Source: Escherichia coli (GTDB taxonomy: Bacteria; Pseudomonadota; Gammaproteobacteria; Enterobacterales; Enterobacteriaceae). From it: a stretch of DNA of 64,000 bases. The notes under the pieces were generated by a model. That model saw only the letters and a program-made list of their open reading frames with translations, was not told the DNA's origin and made no database searches. This document shows, piece after piece, positions 25,011 to 36,042 of the stretch; position 1 is the first letter of the stretch, and each line of letters opens with the position of its first letter. Both the position numbers and the translations under genes were made by a program. The DNA lies in assembly GCF_003334315.1 (NCBI RefSeq), contig NZ_QOWR01000004.1. The stretch is one strand, 5' to 3'.

Positions 25011-25962
25011 ACCATTCCTTATGTTTCAGAGGGTTAGCCATGGCACCCAAAATATCAGAAATCACGTTAACAATAATGACCAGTGAGCCACACACCATCA
25101 CTCCGGCGGAAATGGCTGCGTAATCCTGCTGGCGGATGGCGTTAATTAACCAGCGCCCTAAACCCGGCCAGCTAAAAACCATTTCGGTGATCATCGCCAG
25201 CGTCAGCATGGTGGAAAACTGTAAGCCCAGGCGAGGAATAACCGGCGGTAACGCGTTATGCAGAACGTGGCGACGCAAAATAGTAAAGCGCGACAAACCG
25301 CGGGTCGCCGCCGCTTTTACATAGTTCTGGTCATACACTTCGATAGTGCTGATACGCATCAGGCGGATCACTTCAGTTGTTGGCGCAACCGACAGGGTGA
25401 TCACGGGCAATATCATATGGCGGATTGCGCTCATGATCATTTCATCCCGCCATGGTGAGTCCGAAAGCCAGGCATCAATCAACGCAAAACCGGTAATCGG
25501 TTTCACTTCGTAGAGCAGATCGAAACGCCCTGAAACGGGCAACCAACCTAGCGTGAGTGAACAAAACAGCGTCAACAGAAGCGCCAGCCAGAACACCGGG
25601 ATTGAAAAGCCCAGTAAGGCGATGGCGTTGATCAAGTTATCCTGCCACTTATGGCGCGTAATCCCGGCAATCATCCCCACGGGGATGCCAACAATCAGCG
25701 CAAAACCGAAGGCGAGGATGCACAGTTCCATCGTCGCCGGGAAGACCTCTTTTAACTGTTCGGCAATCGGTTGACCGTTAATGCTGGAAACACCAAAATC
25801 CCAGTGGATCAGGCCGTTAAACCAGAACACCCAGGCATTCCACAGTGACGCGCCTTGTAACGGCGCATGAGGGGTGAAATAGCTCAAGCTGAAGCCAACG
25901 AAGGTCAGCAGGAACAAGGTGACAATCAATAACAAAATGCGGCGTAAGGTGAAGATAATCAT
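24997..25962 (-). CDS. sapB: ABC transporter permease SapB (321 aa)
   Basis: ORF track; polytopic permease overlapping sapC/sapA. Confidence 0.9.
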
Positions 25963-27602
25963 GGTTTTTTCACCTCATCCTGTTTCTCGCGATACACCCC
26001 AGCAAAGGAGGCGTTACCAAACGGGCTAAGTACCAGACCTTTGATATCGTACCGATAGGCCTGCAAACGCAATGACGACGCCAGCGGCAAAATGGGCAAT
26101 TCCTGCGCCAGAATACTCTGCGCTTCGTCATAGGCTTCAATACGCGCCGCCAGCTGCTGCGAAGAGAGTGCCTTACGCAATACGCTGTCGAATTTCGGAT
26201 CGCACCAGTGGGCGAGGTTGGTCTGCGAATGAATTGCCGCGCAGCTCAGTAACGGACGGAAGAAACTGTCCGGGTCGTTACTGTCCGTCGCCCAACCGGA
26301 TAACGTCAGATCATGGCTCATATCCATCAACCGCGCCTCCTGAAAGCGACCTTCTACCGGCACAATCACCACTTTTACGCCAACCTGCGCCATATCCGCC
26401 TGAATCAGTTCGGCAGTTTTCAGTGGACTGGGGTTCCACGCCTGCGAACGTGTGGGCACCCACAGTTTCAGCGTTAAATTTTCCAGCCCCAACGACTTCA
26501 ACTGTTCGCGCGATTTCGCCGGATTGTATTCAGTAATTTTAGCCTCGTTGTCATAGGCCCACGAGGCGCGCGGTAAAATAGAGGCCGCCGTTTCAGCCGT
26601 ACCATAATAGATGGATTGCATCAGGCGCTGGTTATTAATCGCCAGTGCCAGCGCATGGCGGACAGCGGGATTATTTAGCGGCGGTTTGGCGGTGTTAAAT
26701 GCCAGATAGGCGACGTTCATCCCAGGACGCAGCGTTAAACGCAAGCGCGGGTCGTCACGCAAAATGGATAGCTGGCTGGCAGCAGGCCAGGCCAGAACGT
26801 CGCATTCCCCGGTCAGGAGTTTCGACAGACGTCCGGTGCCGCCGGAGCCTAAATCCACCACTACCTGCGGCATTAACGGTTTACCGCGCCAGAAGTCATC
26901 ATGACGTTGTAGGCGAATAAATTGCCCGGCGCGGTATTCCGACAACTGATACGGACCGGTGCCGACCGGTTGACGGTCGAGTTGCTCCTGGCGATCTTCT
27001 TTCTCTAACTTCCGGGCATATTCTGCCGACATGACCGAAGCATAATGGGTTGCGAGGTGCCACAAAAAAGAAGCATCCGGCTGGGCGAGTCGGAACTCAA
27101 CGGTATGATTATCCAGTTTGCGGACGCTTTTCACGTTATCGGCAAATTGCAGGCTGTCGAAGTAGGGGAAGTTGCTGCCGTTGACGTTATGCCACGGGTT
27201 GTTGCGGTCAAAAATTCGCTGGAAGGTAAACACCACATCGTCGGCATTCATTTTACGAGTGGGAGTAAACCAGTCGGTTTTTTGAAACGGAACATCGCGA
27301 CGCAGGTGGAAGCGATAGGTCGCGCCGTTGTCGAGTACTTCCCAGCTTTCGGCAAGTTCCGGCATCAGGCGATAGGTATAGGGATCGACATCCAGCAGTC
27401 GATCATAAAACTGGGCGGCAAGGGTATCGACAATTAACCCACTGCTCGCTTTGGATGGGTTAAAGGTGTTGACTTGCCCGCTGACGCAATAGACAAAACC
27501 GCTGTCGCGGATATCAGCATGCGGGGGAGATTCAGGCGCGGCGATTGCCTGACCACTCACAAGTCCAGCAATCACCAAAAGAGACGATAATACCTGGCGC
27601 AT
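25959..27602 (-). CDS. sapA: Periplasmic substrate-binding protein SapA (547 aa)
   Basis: ORF track; signal peptide, family-5 SBP. Confidence 0.92.
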   Translation of the reverse strand: MRQVLSSLLVIAGLVSGQAIAAPESPPHADIRDSGFVYCVSGQVNTFNPSKASSGLIVDTLAAQFYDRLLDVDPYTYRLMPELAESWEVLDNGATYRFHLRRDVPFQKTDWFTPTRKMNADDVVFTFQRIFDRNNPWHNVNGSNFPYFDSLQFADNVKSVRKLDNHTVEFRLAQPDASFLWHLATHYASVMSAEYARKLEKEDRQEQLDRQPVGTGPYQLSEYRAGQFIRLQRHDDFWRGKPLMPQVVVDLGSGGTGRLSKLLTGECDVLAWPAASQLSILRDDPRLRLTLRPGMNVAYLAFNTAKPPLNNPAVRHALALAINNQRLMQSIYYGTAETAASILPRASWAYDNEAKITEYNPAKSREQLKSLGLENLTLKLWVPTRSQAWNPSPLKTAELIQADMAQVGVKVVIVPVEGRFQEARLMDMSHDLTLSGWATDSNDPDSFFRPLLSCAAIHSQTNLAHWCDPKFDSVLRKALSSQQLAARIEAYDEAQSILAQELPILPLASSLRLQAYRYDIKGLVLSPFGNASFAGVYREKQDEVKKP

Positions 27603-27851
27603 AATATTAAGGGATTTTATGTAAAGAGGCTATCTTACTAATATTTAATGACATTTGCCATTACCGTTTGTGTTCAGGGGTCGTAATGAGGGCCGTGTGG
27701 TTGGTCGTTGAACAGGTGACGTCGCCATCTGTTCAACATTCGTACCCGTGATTTCTCTATAACTATAACTCACAGAACAACTTAGCGAGGAGCAGAGCGG
27801 TACGATCGTGAGAAACCCATTAAAGCACGCTGCAGTGCGTGTCATTGTTAG

Positions 27852-27885
27852 CCAGATGCGGCGTGAACGCTTTATCCGGACAACG
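27852..27885. repeat. REP (repetitive extragenic palindrome) element downstream of ymjA
   Basis: Read from sequence: gccagatgcggcgtgaacgctttatccggac matches REP consensus; approximate coordinates. Confidence 0.55.
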
Positions 27886-27914
27886 ATACTGACCGATCGT
27901 CTGCAATTAAATCA

Positions 27915-28160
27915 TTACTCATTACCCCATTGATTCAAAAACTCTGCGATCTCATCAATGCGTACGGGATTAATCCCCGCTTCAGCAGCCATTTCATGTT
28001 GGGCTTCTTCGCTGATCTCTTCATTGTTCATCAAACGGGTGAGCAGTAACTGGAAGTAGTGGGCCAGCGGTGTGCGTTCAGCCTCTGCGACAGGCTCTGC
28101 GCATTCGGTCGCGTACTCATCGGCAATATCAAAATATTTTAGCGGGATATCGTGGTTCAT
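27915..28160 (-). CDS. ymjA: DUF2543 small protein YmjA (81 aa)
   Basis: ORF track; size/position between sapA and puuP. Confidence 0.8.
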
Positions 28161-28293
28161 TATTTGCCCCTGGGGTTAATGCGCTAAGCATAAGGGCGGA
28201 TGATAGCACTCGTGATCCGGGTCATACATCTTTTTATAGTTAATGGCGCGGCGCGTTACCCTCAGGCAGGATAATGCGCCGCGCATCCGACTA

Positions 28294-29679
28294 TTACGTT
28301 TCACTCACCGGCGTTCTGTCACCATCATACAACGGCACTTTGCGATAGCGGCGGATCAGATACCATAAATATGCGCCGCCTAACGAAGCCCATACCAGAC
28401 CGAGTGTCAGTGACGTTGACTCGAGGTTAACCCACAGCACACCCACCGTCAGCGCGCCAACCAGCGGCATCAGCAAATAGTGGAAGTGATCCTTCCAGCT
28501 TTTATTCATTCCTTTACGCCGCCAGAAATGATTAAACACCGACAGATTCACGAAGGTAAACGCCACCAGAGCACCGAAGTTAATTAACGCTGTGGCGGTA
28601 ACTAAATCGAAGAACAGCGCCGACAACGCGACAATCCCGACCATAATGACGTTGAGTGCCGGAGTCCGCCATTTTGGGTGCACATAGCCAAACACGCGCT
28701 CCGGAAACACATTGTCACGCCCCATCACATACAGCAGACGCGACACGCTGGCATGTGAAGCCAGGCCAGAGGCTAACGTGTTCACAAACGTGGTGCAGAG
28801 GAAAATCGACTGGAAGAGCTTGCCGCCGACGTACAGCGCAATTTCAGGCAGTGCGGCATCCGGATCTTTAAAGCGGCTGATATCGGGAAAGAACAGCTGC
28901 ATAAAGAACGACGCCGCGATAAAGATAACGCCACCGTAGACCGCCGTCAGGAAGATGGCTTTCGGGATCACGCGTGCGGCGTCCGGCGTCTCTTCCGAAA
29001 GCGTGGTCACCGCATCGAAACCGAGGAAGGAGAAACAGACAATCGTCGCCCCGGTAATAATCGGGATCAGGTGCGCGTTCTCGCTGATAAACGGCTGAAG
29101 TGACCAGACGGTGCCAACGTCTTCTCCTTTATGCAGTCCCTGAACTACCAGGAAGATAAACACCACCATGATGGAGATTTGTACCAGTACAAACAGGGTA
29201 TTGAAGTTAGCGACCAGGTTGACGCTCTTCAGATTCGCGGCGGTTAAAATGGCGACGAAGGTTACCACCCACACCCACGGCGGCACTTCCGGGAAGAGGG
29301 CGGAGAGATAGATTTTCGCCAACAAGACGTTAATCATCGGCAAAAAGAGATAATCCAGCAGCGATGACCAGCCGACCATAAATCCGACGTGCGGGTTAAT
29401 CGACTTTTGCGCGTAGGTATAGGCCGAACCGGCCTCCGGAAACTGGCGAACCAGTTTGCCGTAGCTGATAGCGGTAAACAGCACACCCGCCAGCGCCAGC
29501 AAATAGGACGCCGGAACGTGACCGTCGCTAATGCCGGAGACAATACCAAAAGTATCAAATACGGTCATCGGCGTGAGATAGGCCAGACCCATCATCACCA
29601 CCTGCCACAATTTCAGTGATTTTCGCAGACGGGTTTTGCCGGGTTGCGCAGCAATATTCAGTGGTGAATTAATAGCCAT
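28294..29679 (-). CDS. puuP: Putrescine importer PuuP (APC family), 461 aa
   Basis: ORF track 28294..29733; start moved to internal Met ([14 protein letters not shown]); about 12 TM segments. Confidence 0.9.
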   Translation of the reverse strand: MAINSPLNIAAQPGKTRLRKSLKLWQVVMMGLAYLTPMTVFDTFGIVSGISDGHVPASYLLALAGVLFTAISYGKLVRQFPEAGSAYTYAQKSINPHVGFMVGWSSLLDYLFLPMINVLLAKIYLSALFPEVPPWVWVVTFVAILTAANLKSVNLVANFNTLFVLVQISIMVVFIFLVVQGLHKGEDVGTVWSLQPFISENAHLIPIITGATIVCFSFLGFDAVTTLSEETPDAARVIPKAIFLTAVYGGVIFIAASFFMQLFFPDISRFKDPDAALPEIALYVGGKLFQSIFLCTTFVNTLASGLASHASVSRLLYVMGRDNVFPERVFGYVHPKWRTPALNVIMVGIVALSALFFDLVTATALINFGALVAFTFVNLSVFNHFWRRKGMNKSWKDHFHYLLMPLVGALTVGVLWVNLESTSLTLGLVWASLGGAYLWYLIRRYRKVPLYDGDRTPVSET

Positions 29680-29981
29680 AATTGCTGCCTCCCCTGCGTA
29701 ATAAGGTTTGCGGTCGTGTCGACCTGAAATCAAACCTGTTTAGCAAGGGAAGCAAAGGGGGCGGAGTCCAGTCAGTAGCAGGAGGGGCGCATACGCAGCC
29801 TCCCTCGCCATGCGGGGATTTAATCATCGGCATCATCTCATTTCCTCGTCACAGTCTTAATCGTTAACGGAAGCCCGTTGCCGCCCGCGCTCCATAACGC
29901 GACATCCGGGAAATGTCTGGATTACCAGCAAATGTCAGGCCTGGCTCCGCTCAGGCCGATGAAACAACCCCGCAAGGGGTA

Positions 29982-31401
29982 TTACGCGTTTTTCAACATC
30001 CACTCAATTTCTGTTTCTGTGATGAGGCGCTCAAACTGCAACAGCTCATCATTTTTACAGGCGTGATAGACATGGCAGAAGCGTTCGCCTAAATAGCGGC
30101 GCAGGTGATCATTCTCGATAAACTCACCCAGGGCATCGCTCTGGCGAATCGGAAAGGGTAAGCCTTCCTGTTCCAGCCCGTTGCCTTCGACTTCTTCCTG
30201 CAACGGCAGCTCGTTATCAAGGCCATGCAAAATACCGGCAAAAATCGCTGCCATCACCAGATATGGGGTGGCATCGGCACCCGCCACGCGATATTCCACG
30301 CGGTGATTATGACGGTCGCCGCACGGAATACGCAGGGCGACGGTGCGGTTGTTATGGCCCCACGACGCCTGCGTCGGCACATACATTCCCGGCTGGAAGC
30401 GGCGATACGAGTTCACGTTTGGTGCCAGCAACGCCATCGACGACGGCATCAGGTCAATCATCCCGGCGAGCATCTTTTTCAGCAGCGGCGAATCTTCGCC
30501 TTCCGCGTCAGAAAGCACGTTCTCGCCACGATTATTTTGCATACTGATATGGATATGCATTCCGCTGCCCGCGTGCTCTTCATACGGCTTCGCCATAAAA
30601 GTGGCGTGCATCTTATGCCTTTTCTGCCATCAGACGCACCAGGCGTTTTAGTGCCAGCGCATCATCGCAGGCTTCCAGCACGTTATCAGTATGGTAAAGG
30701 TTGATTTCAAACTGACCCGGCGAGGCCTCAGCGACCGCGCCATCTGCCGGAATCAGCTGTAACTGCGCCAGTTCATCAATATCATTGAGCACGTCGGCGA
30801 AGTGGTTGAGGTTATCAACGGAGTAAACCTGGCTTTGTGTATTGCGGTCATCGGTGCCAGGCGCGCAGGGCGGTTGCAGATACCCTTCAGCGTCGCGCTG
30901 GCGATCCAGTAAATAGAACTCCAGCTCTACCGCTACGACCGGGAACAATCCGCGCTGGCGCAGCTGCTGCCACAGGCGGTTAAGAACGTTCCGCGGCTCA
31001 ACGTCAAAGGGAGCGCCATCTTCATCGACCATGGTCAGGAGCATCTGACCGATAAACTCTGGATCGGCGGCAGAAGGAGTTAAGGAACCGAGAACAGGAA
31101 CACAGGTACGATCCGGCTCGCCCATTTCCTGACCCAGACCTGCTTCTTCTACTACGTTGCCCAGAATATCCATTGCAAATACCGAGGCCGGGAAATAACA
31201 CCCTTTCTCGAGCTTCTTCAGGCTTGAAACAGGAATACGCTTTCCACGGAAGCAACCATTTAAATCGGTAAGTAAAACATCAACATATTGCGTATTCGGG
31301 TAGCGCTCCAGGTAGCGTTTCACTTCCTGCGTAAAGGCGCTACCCCGCCTCTCTTCTGACTGCTGAACAAAGTTCTCTACTTCAACGATATTGGTTTCCA
31401 T
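29982..31401 (-). pseudogene. puuA: Gamma-glutamylputrescine synthetase PuuA (glutamine synthetase family), disrupted by a +1 frameshift near 30612-30619
   Basis: ORF track splits the gene into 30613..31479 (N-terminal, ends ...RLMAEKA*) and 29982..30611 (starts MHATFMAKPYEEHAGSGMHIH) in different frames; removing one G restores a 472-aa product. Confidence 0.8.
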
Positions 31402-31612
31402 GATTCTTCGCCTTTGGTTTGTTTTCCGCTCGTTATCAAAGCGTAAAATATAATGACCACCATTCGAATCTGTATGCAAACTAAATGTTTGTCAAATGTT
31501 AAATTGAGTTTGCAAAAATGAAAACCCACTGCTAGATTGAAAAAATATTGAACATAAAGGTCATTTAAAGCGCAGTAATGGCGATAATTTAGTCCACTTT
31601 GTGAGATTGAGC

Positions 31613-32377
31613 ATGGAAAATATAATGAACAATCCGGTTATCGGTGTCGTAATGTGCAGGAACAGGCTTAAGGGTCATGCGCCCCAGACTCTGCAAGAAA
31701 AGTACCTGAATGCCATCATCCATGCAGGCGGCTTGCCTATTGCGCTACCACATGCGCTGGCGGAACCGTCATTACTTGAACAACTTTTGCCGAAACTCGA
31801 TGGCATTTATCTTCCTGGTAGTCCCAGCAATGTGCAGCCGCACCTATATGGTGAAAACGGCGATGAGCCTGACGCCGATCCCGGGCGTGATCTTCTGAGC
31901 ATGGCGATAATTAATGCCGCACTCGAAAGGCGCATCCCCATTTTCGCCATCTGCCGGGGTTTACAAGAACTGGTGGTGGCAACCGGTGGTTCGTTGCATC
32001 GCAAGCTGTGCGAACAGCCTGAATTGCTGGAACATCGGGAAGATCCCGAACTGCCGGTGGAACAGCAATATGCACCGTCGCATGAAGTTCAGGTTGAAGA
32101 GGGGGGATTACTGTCTGCGTTGTTACCTGAATGTAGCAACTTTTGGGTAAACTCTCTACATGGACAAGGGGCGAAGGTCGTTAGCCCACGGTTGCGTGTT
32201 GAAGCTCGCTCGCCGGATGGCTTAGTTGAGGCGGTTAGCGTCATCAATCATCCTTTTGCGCTGGGCGTACAGTGGCACCCGGAATGGAACAGTAGCGAGT
32301 ACGCGCTTTCGCGTATATTGTTCGAGGGCTTTATCACCGCTTGTCAGCACCATATCGCTGAAAAACAGCGACTCTGA
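31613..32377 (+). CDS. puuD: Gamma-glutamyl-GABA hydrolase PuuD (class I glutamine amidotransferase-like), 254 aa
   Basis: ORF track 31601..32377 (GTG); start moved to ATG (MENIMNNPVIGVV); catalytic Cys in AICRG motif. Confidence 0.9.
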   Translation: MENIMNNPVIGVVMCRNRLKGHAPQTLQEKYLNAIIHAGGLPIALPHALAEPSLLEQLLPKLDGIYLPGSPSNVQPHLYGENGDEPDADPGRDLLSMAIINAALERRIPIFAICRGLQELVVATGGSLHRKLCEQPELLEHREDPELPVEQQYAPSHEVQVEEGGLLSALLPECSNFWVNSLHGQGAKVVSPRLRVEARSPDGLVEAVSVINHPFALGVQWHPEWNSSEYALSRILFEGFITACQHHIAEKQRL

Positions 32378-32403
32378 CCACTACAGTTTAAGGAAATGCA
32401 AAT

Positions 32404-32961
32404 ATGAGTGATGAGGGACTGGCGCCAGGAAAACGCTTGTCGGAAATCCGCCAGCAGCAGGGGCTTTCACAACGTCGTGCCGCCGAACTCTCCGGGCTGA
32501 CTCACAGTGCTATCAGTACGATAGAACAAGATAAAGTCAGCCCTGCCATCAGTACGCTGCAAAAGCTGCTGAAGGTGTATGGTCTGTCACTCTCGGAATT
32601 CTTTTCCGAGCCGGAAAAACCTGATGAGCCGCAGGTCGTCATTAATCAGGACGACTTAATTGAGATGGGTAGTCAGGGTGTGTCAATGAAGCTGGTTCAT
32701 AACGGTAACCCGAATCGCACGCTGGCGATGATCTTTGAAACGTACCAGCCGGGCACAACCACTGGGGAAAGAATTAAGCATCAGGGTGAGGAAATAGGCA
32801 CTGTACTGGAAGGTGAAATTGTTCTGACGATTAATGGTCAGGATTACCACCTCGTCGCGGGGCAAAGTTATGCCATTAATACCGGCATCCCGCACAGTTT
32901 CAGTAATACGTCGGCAGGTATTTGCCGAATTATCAGCGCCCATACGCCCACCACGTTTTAA
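32404..32961 (+). CDS. puuR: HTH (XRE) plus cupin repressor PuuR (185 aa)
   Basis: ORF track; N-terminal HTH and C-terminal cupin. Confidence 0.9.
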   Translation: MSDEGLAPGKRLSEIRQQQGLSQRRAAELSGLTHSAISTIEQDKVSPAISTLQKLLKVYGLSLSEFFSEPEKPDEPQVVINQDDLIEMGSQGVSMKLVHNGNPNRTLAMIFETYQPGTTTGERIKHQGEEIGTVLEGEIVLTINGQDYHLVAGQSYAINTGIPHSFSNTSAGICRIISAHTPTTF

Positions 32962-32975
32962 TCTTTTTGTTCTGT

Positions 32976-33005
32976 AAGCCGGGTAAGCGCAATGCGCCCG
33001 GCAAT
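32976..33005. repeat. REP-like palindrome / possible puuR terminator hairpin
   Basis: Read from sequence: taagccgggtaagcgcaatgcgcccggcaa; approximate coordinates. Confidence 0.5.
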
Positions 33006-33035
33006 CTATACACAAAATCATTCAAGTTGCATCAA

Positions 33036-33135
33036 GGCGGCAAGTGAGCGAATCCCGATGAGCTTACTCAGGTAAGTGATTCGGGGGAGCGAACGCAGCC
33101 AAGGCAGAGGCGGCTTGAAGGATGAAGTGTATATA
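33036..33135. repeat. ERIC/IRU (enterobacterial repetitive intergenic consensus) element
   Basis: Read from sequence: gcgaatcccgatgagcttactca and ggtaagtgattcgggggagcg match the two ERIC core arms; outer boundaries approximate. Confidence 0.65.
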
Positions 33136-33235
33136 AAGAATGTCGCCAGAAATAAACGGGCATACGGCCCGGGGATCTCTGCGCCCTGACGTTCACAAAC
33201 TGCATATATCTGATAGACGTGAAACAGGAGTCATA

Positions 33236-34723
33236 ATGAATTTTCATCATCTGGCTTACTGGCAGGATAAAGCGTTAAGTCTCGCCATTGAAAACCGCTT
33301 ATTTATTAACGGTGAATATACTGCTGCGGCGGAAAATGAAACCTTTGAAACCGTTGATCCGGTCACCCAGGCACCGCTGGCGAAAATTGCCCGCGGCAAG
33401 AGCGTCGATATCGACCGTGCGATGAGCGCAGCACGCGGCGTATTTGAACGCGGCGACTGGTCACTCTCTTCTCCGGCTAAACGTAAAGCGGTACTGAATA
33501 AACTCGCCGATTTAATGGAAGCCCACGCCGAAGAGCTGGCACTGCTGGAAACTCTCGACACCGGCAAACCGATTCGTCACAGTCTGCGTGATGATATTCC
33601 CGGCGCGGCGCGCGCCATTCGCTGGTACGCCGAAGCGATCGACAAAGTGTATGGCGAAGTGGCGACCACCAGTAGCCATGAGCTGGCGATGATCGTGCGT
33701 GAACCGGTCGGCGTGATTGCCGCCATCGTGCCGTGGAACTTCCCGCTGTTGCTGACTTGCTGGAAACTCGGCCCGGCGCTGGCGGCGGGAAACAGCGTGA
33801 TTCTAAAACCGTCTGAAAAATCACCGCTCAGTGCGATTCGTCTCGCGGGGCTGGCGAAAGAAGCAGGCTTGCCGGATGGTGTGTTGAACGTGGTGACGGG
33901 TTTTGGTCATGAAGCCGGGCAGGCGCTGTCGCGTCATAACGATATCGACGCCATTGCCTTTACCGGTTCAACCCGTACCGGGAAACAACTGCTGAAAGAT
34001 GCGGGCGACAGCAACATGAAACGCGTCTGGCTGGAAGCGGGCGGCAAAAGCGCCAACATCGTTTTCGCTGACTGCCCGGATTTGCAACAGGCGGCAAGCG
34101 CCACCGCAGCAGGCATTTTCTACAACCAGGGACAGGTGTGCATCGCCGGAACGCGCCTGTTGCTGGAAGAGAGCATCGCCGATGAATTCTTAGCCCTGTT
34201 AAAACAGCAGGCGCAAAACTGGCAGCCGGGCCATCCACTTGATCCCGCAACCACCATGGGCACCTTAATCGACTGCGCCCACGCCGACTCGGTCCATAGC
34301 TTTATTCGGGAAGGCGAAAGCAAAGGGCAACTGTTGTTGGATGGCCGTAACGCCGGGCTGGCTGCCGCCATCGGCCCGACCATCTTTGTGGATGTGGACC
34401 CGAATGCGTCCTTAAGTCGCGAAGAGATTTTCGGTCCGGTGCTGGTGGTCACGCGTTTCACATCAGAAGAACAGGCGCTACAGCTTGCCAACGACAGCCA
34501 GTACGGCCTTGGCGCGGCGGTATGGACGCGCGACCTCTCCCGCGCGCACCGCATGAGCCGACGCCTGAAAGCCGGTTCCGTCTTCGTCAATAACTACAAC
34601 GACGGCGATATGACCGTGCCGTTTGGCGGCTATAAGCAGAGCGGCAACGGTCGCGACAAATCCCTGCATGCCCTTGAAAAATTCACTGAACTGAAAACCA
34701 TCTGGATAAGCCTGGAGGCCTGA
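33236..34723 (+). CDS. puuC: Gamma-glutamyl-gamma-aminobutyraldehyde dehydrogenase PuuC (aldehyde dehydrogenase family), 495 aa
   Basis: ORF track 33140..34723; start moved to internal ATG (MNFHHLAYWQDKAL); ALDH catalytic Cys/Glu motifs. Confidence 0.9.
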   Translation: MNFHHLAYWQDKALSLAIENRLFINGEYTAAAENETFETVDPVTQAPLAKIARGKSVDIDRAMSAARGVFERGDWSLSSPAKRKAVLNKLADLMEAHAEELALLETLDTGKPIRHSLRDDIPGAARAIRWYAEAIDKVYGEVATTSSHELAMIVREPVGVIAAIVPWNFPLLLTCWKLGPALAAGNSVILKPSEKSPLSAIRLAGLAKEAGLPDGVLNVVTGFGHEAGQALSRHNDIDAIAFTGSTRTGKQLLKDAGDSNMKRVWLEAGGKSANIVFADCPDLQQAASATAAGIFYNQGQVCIAGTRLLLEESIADEFLALLKQQAQNWQPGHPLDPATTMGTLIDCAHADSVHSFIREGESKGQLLLDGRNAGLAAAIGPTIFVDVDPNASLSREEIFGPVLVVTRFTSEEQALQLANDSQYGLGAAVWTRDLSRAHRMSRRLKAGSVFVNNYNDGDMTVPFGGYKQSGNGRDKSLHALEKFTELKTIWISLEA

Positions 34724-34724
34724 A

Positions 34725-36005
34725 ATGACCGAACATACCAGCAGTTACTACGCCGCCAGTGCGAATAAATATGCACCATTCGACACGCTGAATGAGTCAA
34801 TCACCTGCGACGTTTGCGTGGTTGGCGGCGGCTATACCGGGCTCTCCTCCGCGCTGCATCTGGCGGAAGCGGGCTTTGACGTAGTGGTTCTCGAAGCCTC
34901 ACGCATCGGCTTTGGCGCAAGCGGGCGCAATGGCGGACAGCTTGTGAACTCCTACAGCCGCGACATCGACGTGATCGAAAAAAGCTACGGCATGGACACC
35001 GCCCGTATGCTCGGCAGCATGATGTTCGAAGGTGGTGAGATCATCCGCGAACGTATCAAACGTTATCAGATTGACTGCGACTACCGCCCCGGCGGCCTGT
35101 TTGTGGCGATGAATGATAAACAGCTCGCCACACTTGAAGAGCAGAAAGAGAACTGGGAACGCTACGGCAATAAACAGCTGGAATTGCTGGACGCCAACGC
35201 CATTCGCCGTGAAGTAGCCAGCGATCGCTATACCGGTGCGCTGCTGGATCACAGCGGTGGGCATATTCATCCGCTAAACCTTGCCATTGGCGAAGCGGAC
35301 GCCATCCGCCTCAACGGCGGGCGCGTGTATGAACTTTCTGCCGTGACGCAGATCCAGCACACCACGCCAGCCGTGGTGCGAACTGCCAAAGGTCAGGTGA
35401 CGGCGAAGTATGTGATTGTCGCCGGGAATGCGTATCTGGGCGATAAAGTAGAGCCGGAACTGGCGAAACGCAGCATGCCGTGCGGTACGCAGGTGATCAC
35501 CACCGAACGGCTGTCGGAAGATTTAGCCCGTTCGCTGATCCCGAAAAACTACTGTGTGGAAGACTGTAACTATCTGCTTGATTACTACCGTCTTACCGCC
35601 GACAACCGCCTGCTGTACGGCGGCGGCGTGGTCTACGGCGCGCGCGACCCGGATGACGTTGAGCGCCTTGTGGTGCCGAAACTGCTGAAAACCTTCCCGC
35701 AGCTGAAGGGCGTGAAAATTGATTACCGCTGGACGGGCAACTTCCTGCTGACCCTGTCGCGTATGCCGCAGTTTGGTCGCCTCGATACCAACATCTATTA
35801 CATGCAGGGCTACAGCGGCCACGGCGTGACCTGTACTCATCTAGCCGGACGTTTGATTGCCGAACTGCTGCGCGGCGACGCCGAACGTTTCGATGCCTTC
35901 GCCAATCTGCCGCATTACCCGTTCCCCGGCGGGCGCACGCTGCGTGTGCCGTTTACCGCGATGGGCGCGGCGTATTACAGCCTGCGCGATCGTCTGGGCG
36001 TTTAA
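34725..36005 (+). CDS. puuB: Gamma-glutamylputrescine oxidase PuuB (FAD-dependent), 426 aa
   Basis: ORF track; N-terminal GGGYTG FAD-binding motif. Confidence 0.9.
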   Translation: MTEHTSSYYAASANKYAPFDTLNESITCDVCVVGGGYTGLSSALHLAEAGFDVVVLEASRIGFGASGRNGGQLVNSYSRDIDVIEKSYGMDTARMLGSMMFEGGEIIRERIKRYQIDCDYRPGGLFVAMNDKQLATLEEQKENWERYGNKQLELLDANAIRREVASDRYTGALLDHSGGHIHPLNLAIGEADAIRLNGGRVYELSAVTQIQHTTPAVVRTAKGQVTAKYVIVAGNAYLGDKVEPELAKRSMPCGTQVITTERLSEDLARSLIPKNYCVEDCNYLLDYYRLTADNRLLYGGGVVYGARDPDDVERLVVPKLLKTFPQLKGVKIDYRWTGNFLLTLSRMPQFGRLDTNIYYMQGYSGHGVTCTHLAGRLIAELLRGDAERFDAFANLPHYPFPGGRTLRVPFTAMGAAYYSLRDRLGV

Positions 36006-36042
36006 TTTCCGATTAACCGTGAAGAGTCAAAAGGTGTGAAAC

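Noticed and set aside
28240-28290. Possible hairpin (gcgcggcgc ... gcgccgcgc) downstream of puuP
   Set aside because: Long loop (about 26 nt) and no U-tract on the puuP strand; could be a degenerate REP but evidence is too weak to annotate.
29982-31479. Treating the two adjacent minus-strand ORFs as separate genes
   Set aside because: They are the N- and C-terminal parts of one glutamine-synthetase-family gene (puuA) separated by a 1-bp frame change; neither is a complete domain architecture alone.
33140-33235. N-terminal extension of puuC in the ORF track (527 aa)
   Set aside because: The extension runs through the ERIC repeat; the internal ATG (MNFHHLAYW) gives the expected 495-aa aldehyde dehydrogenase.
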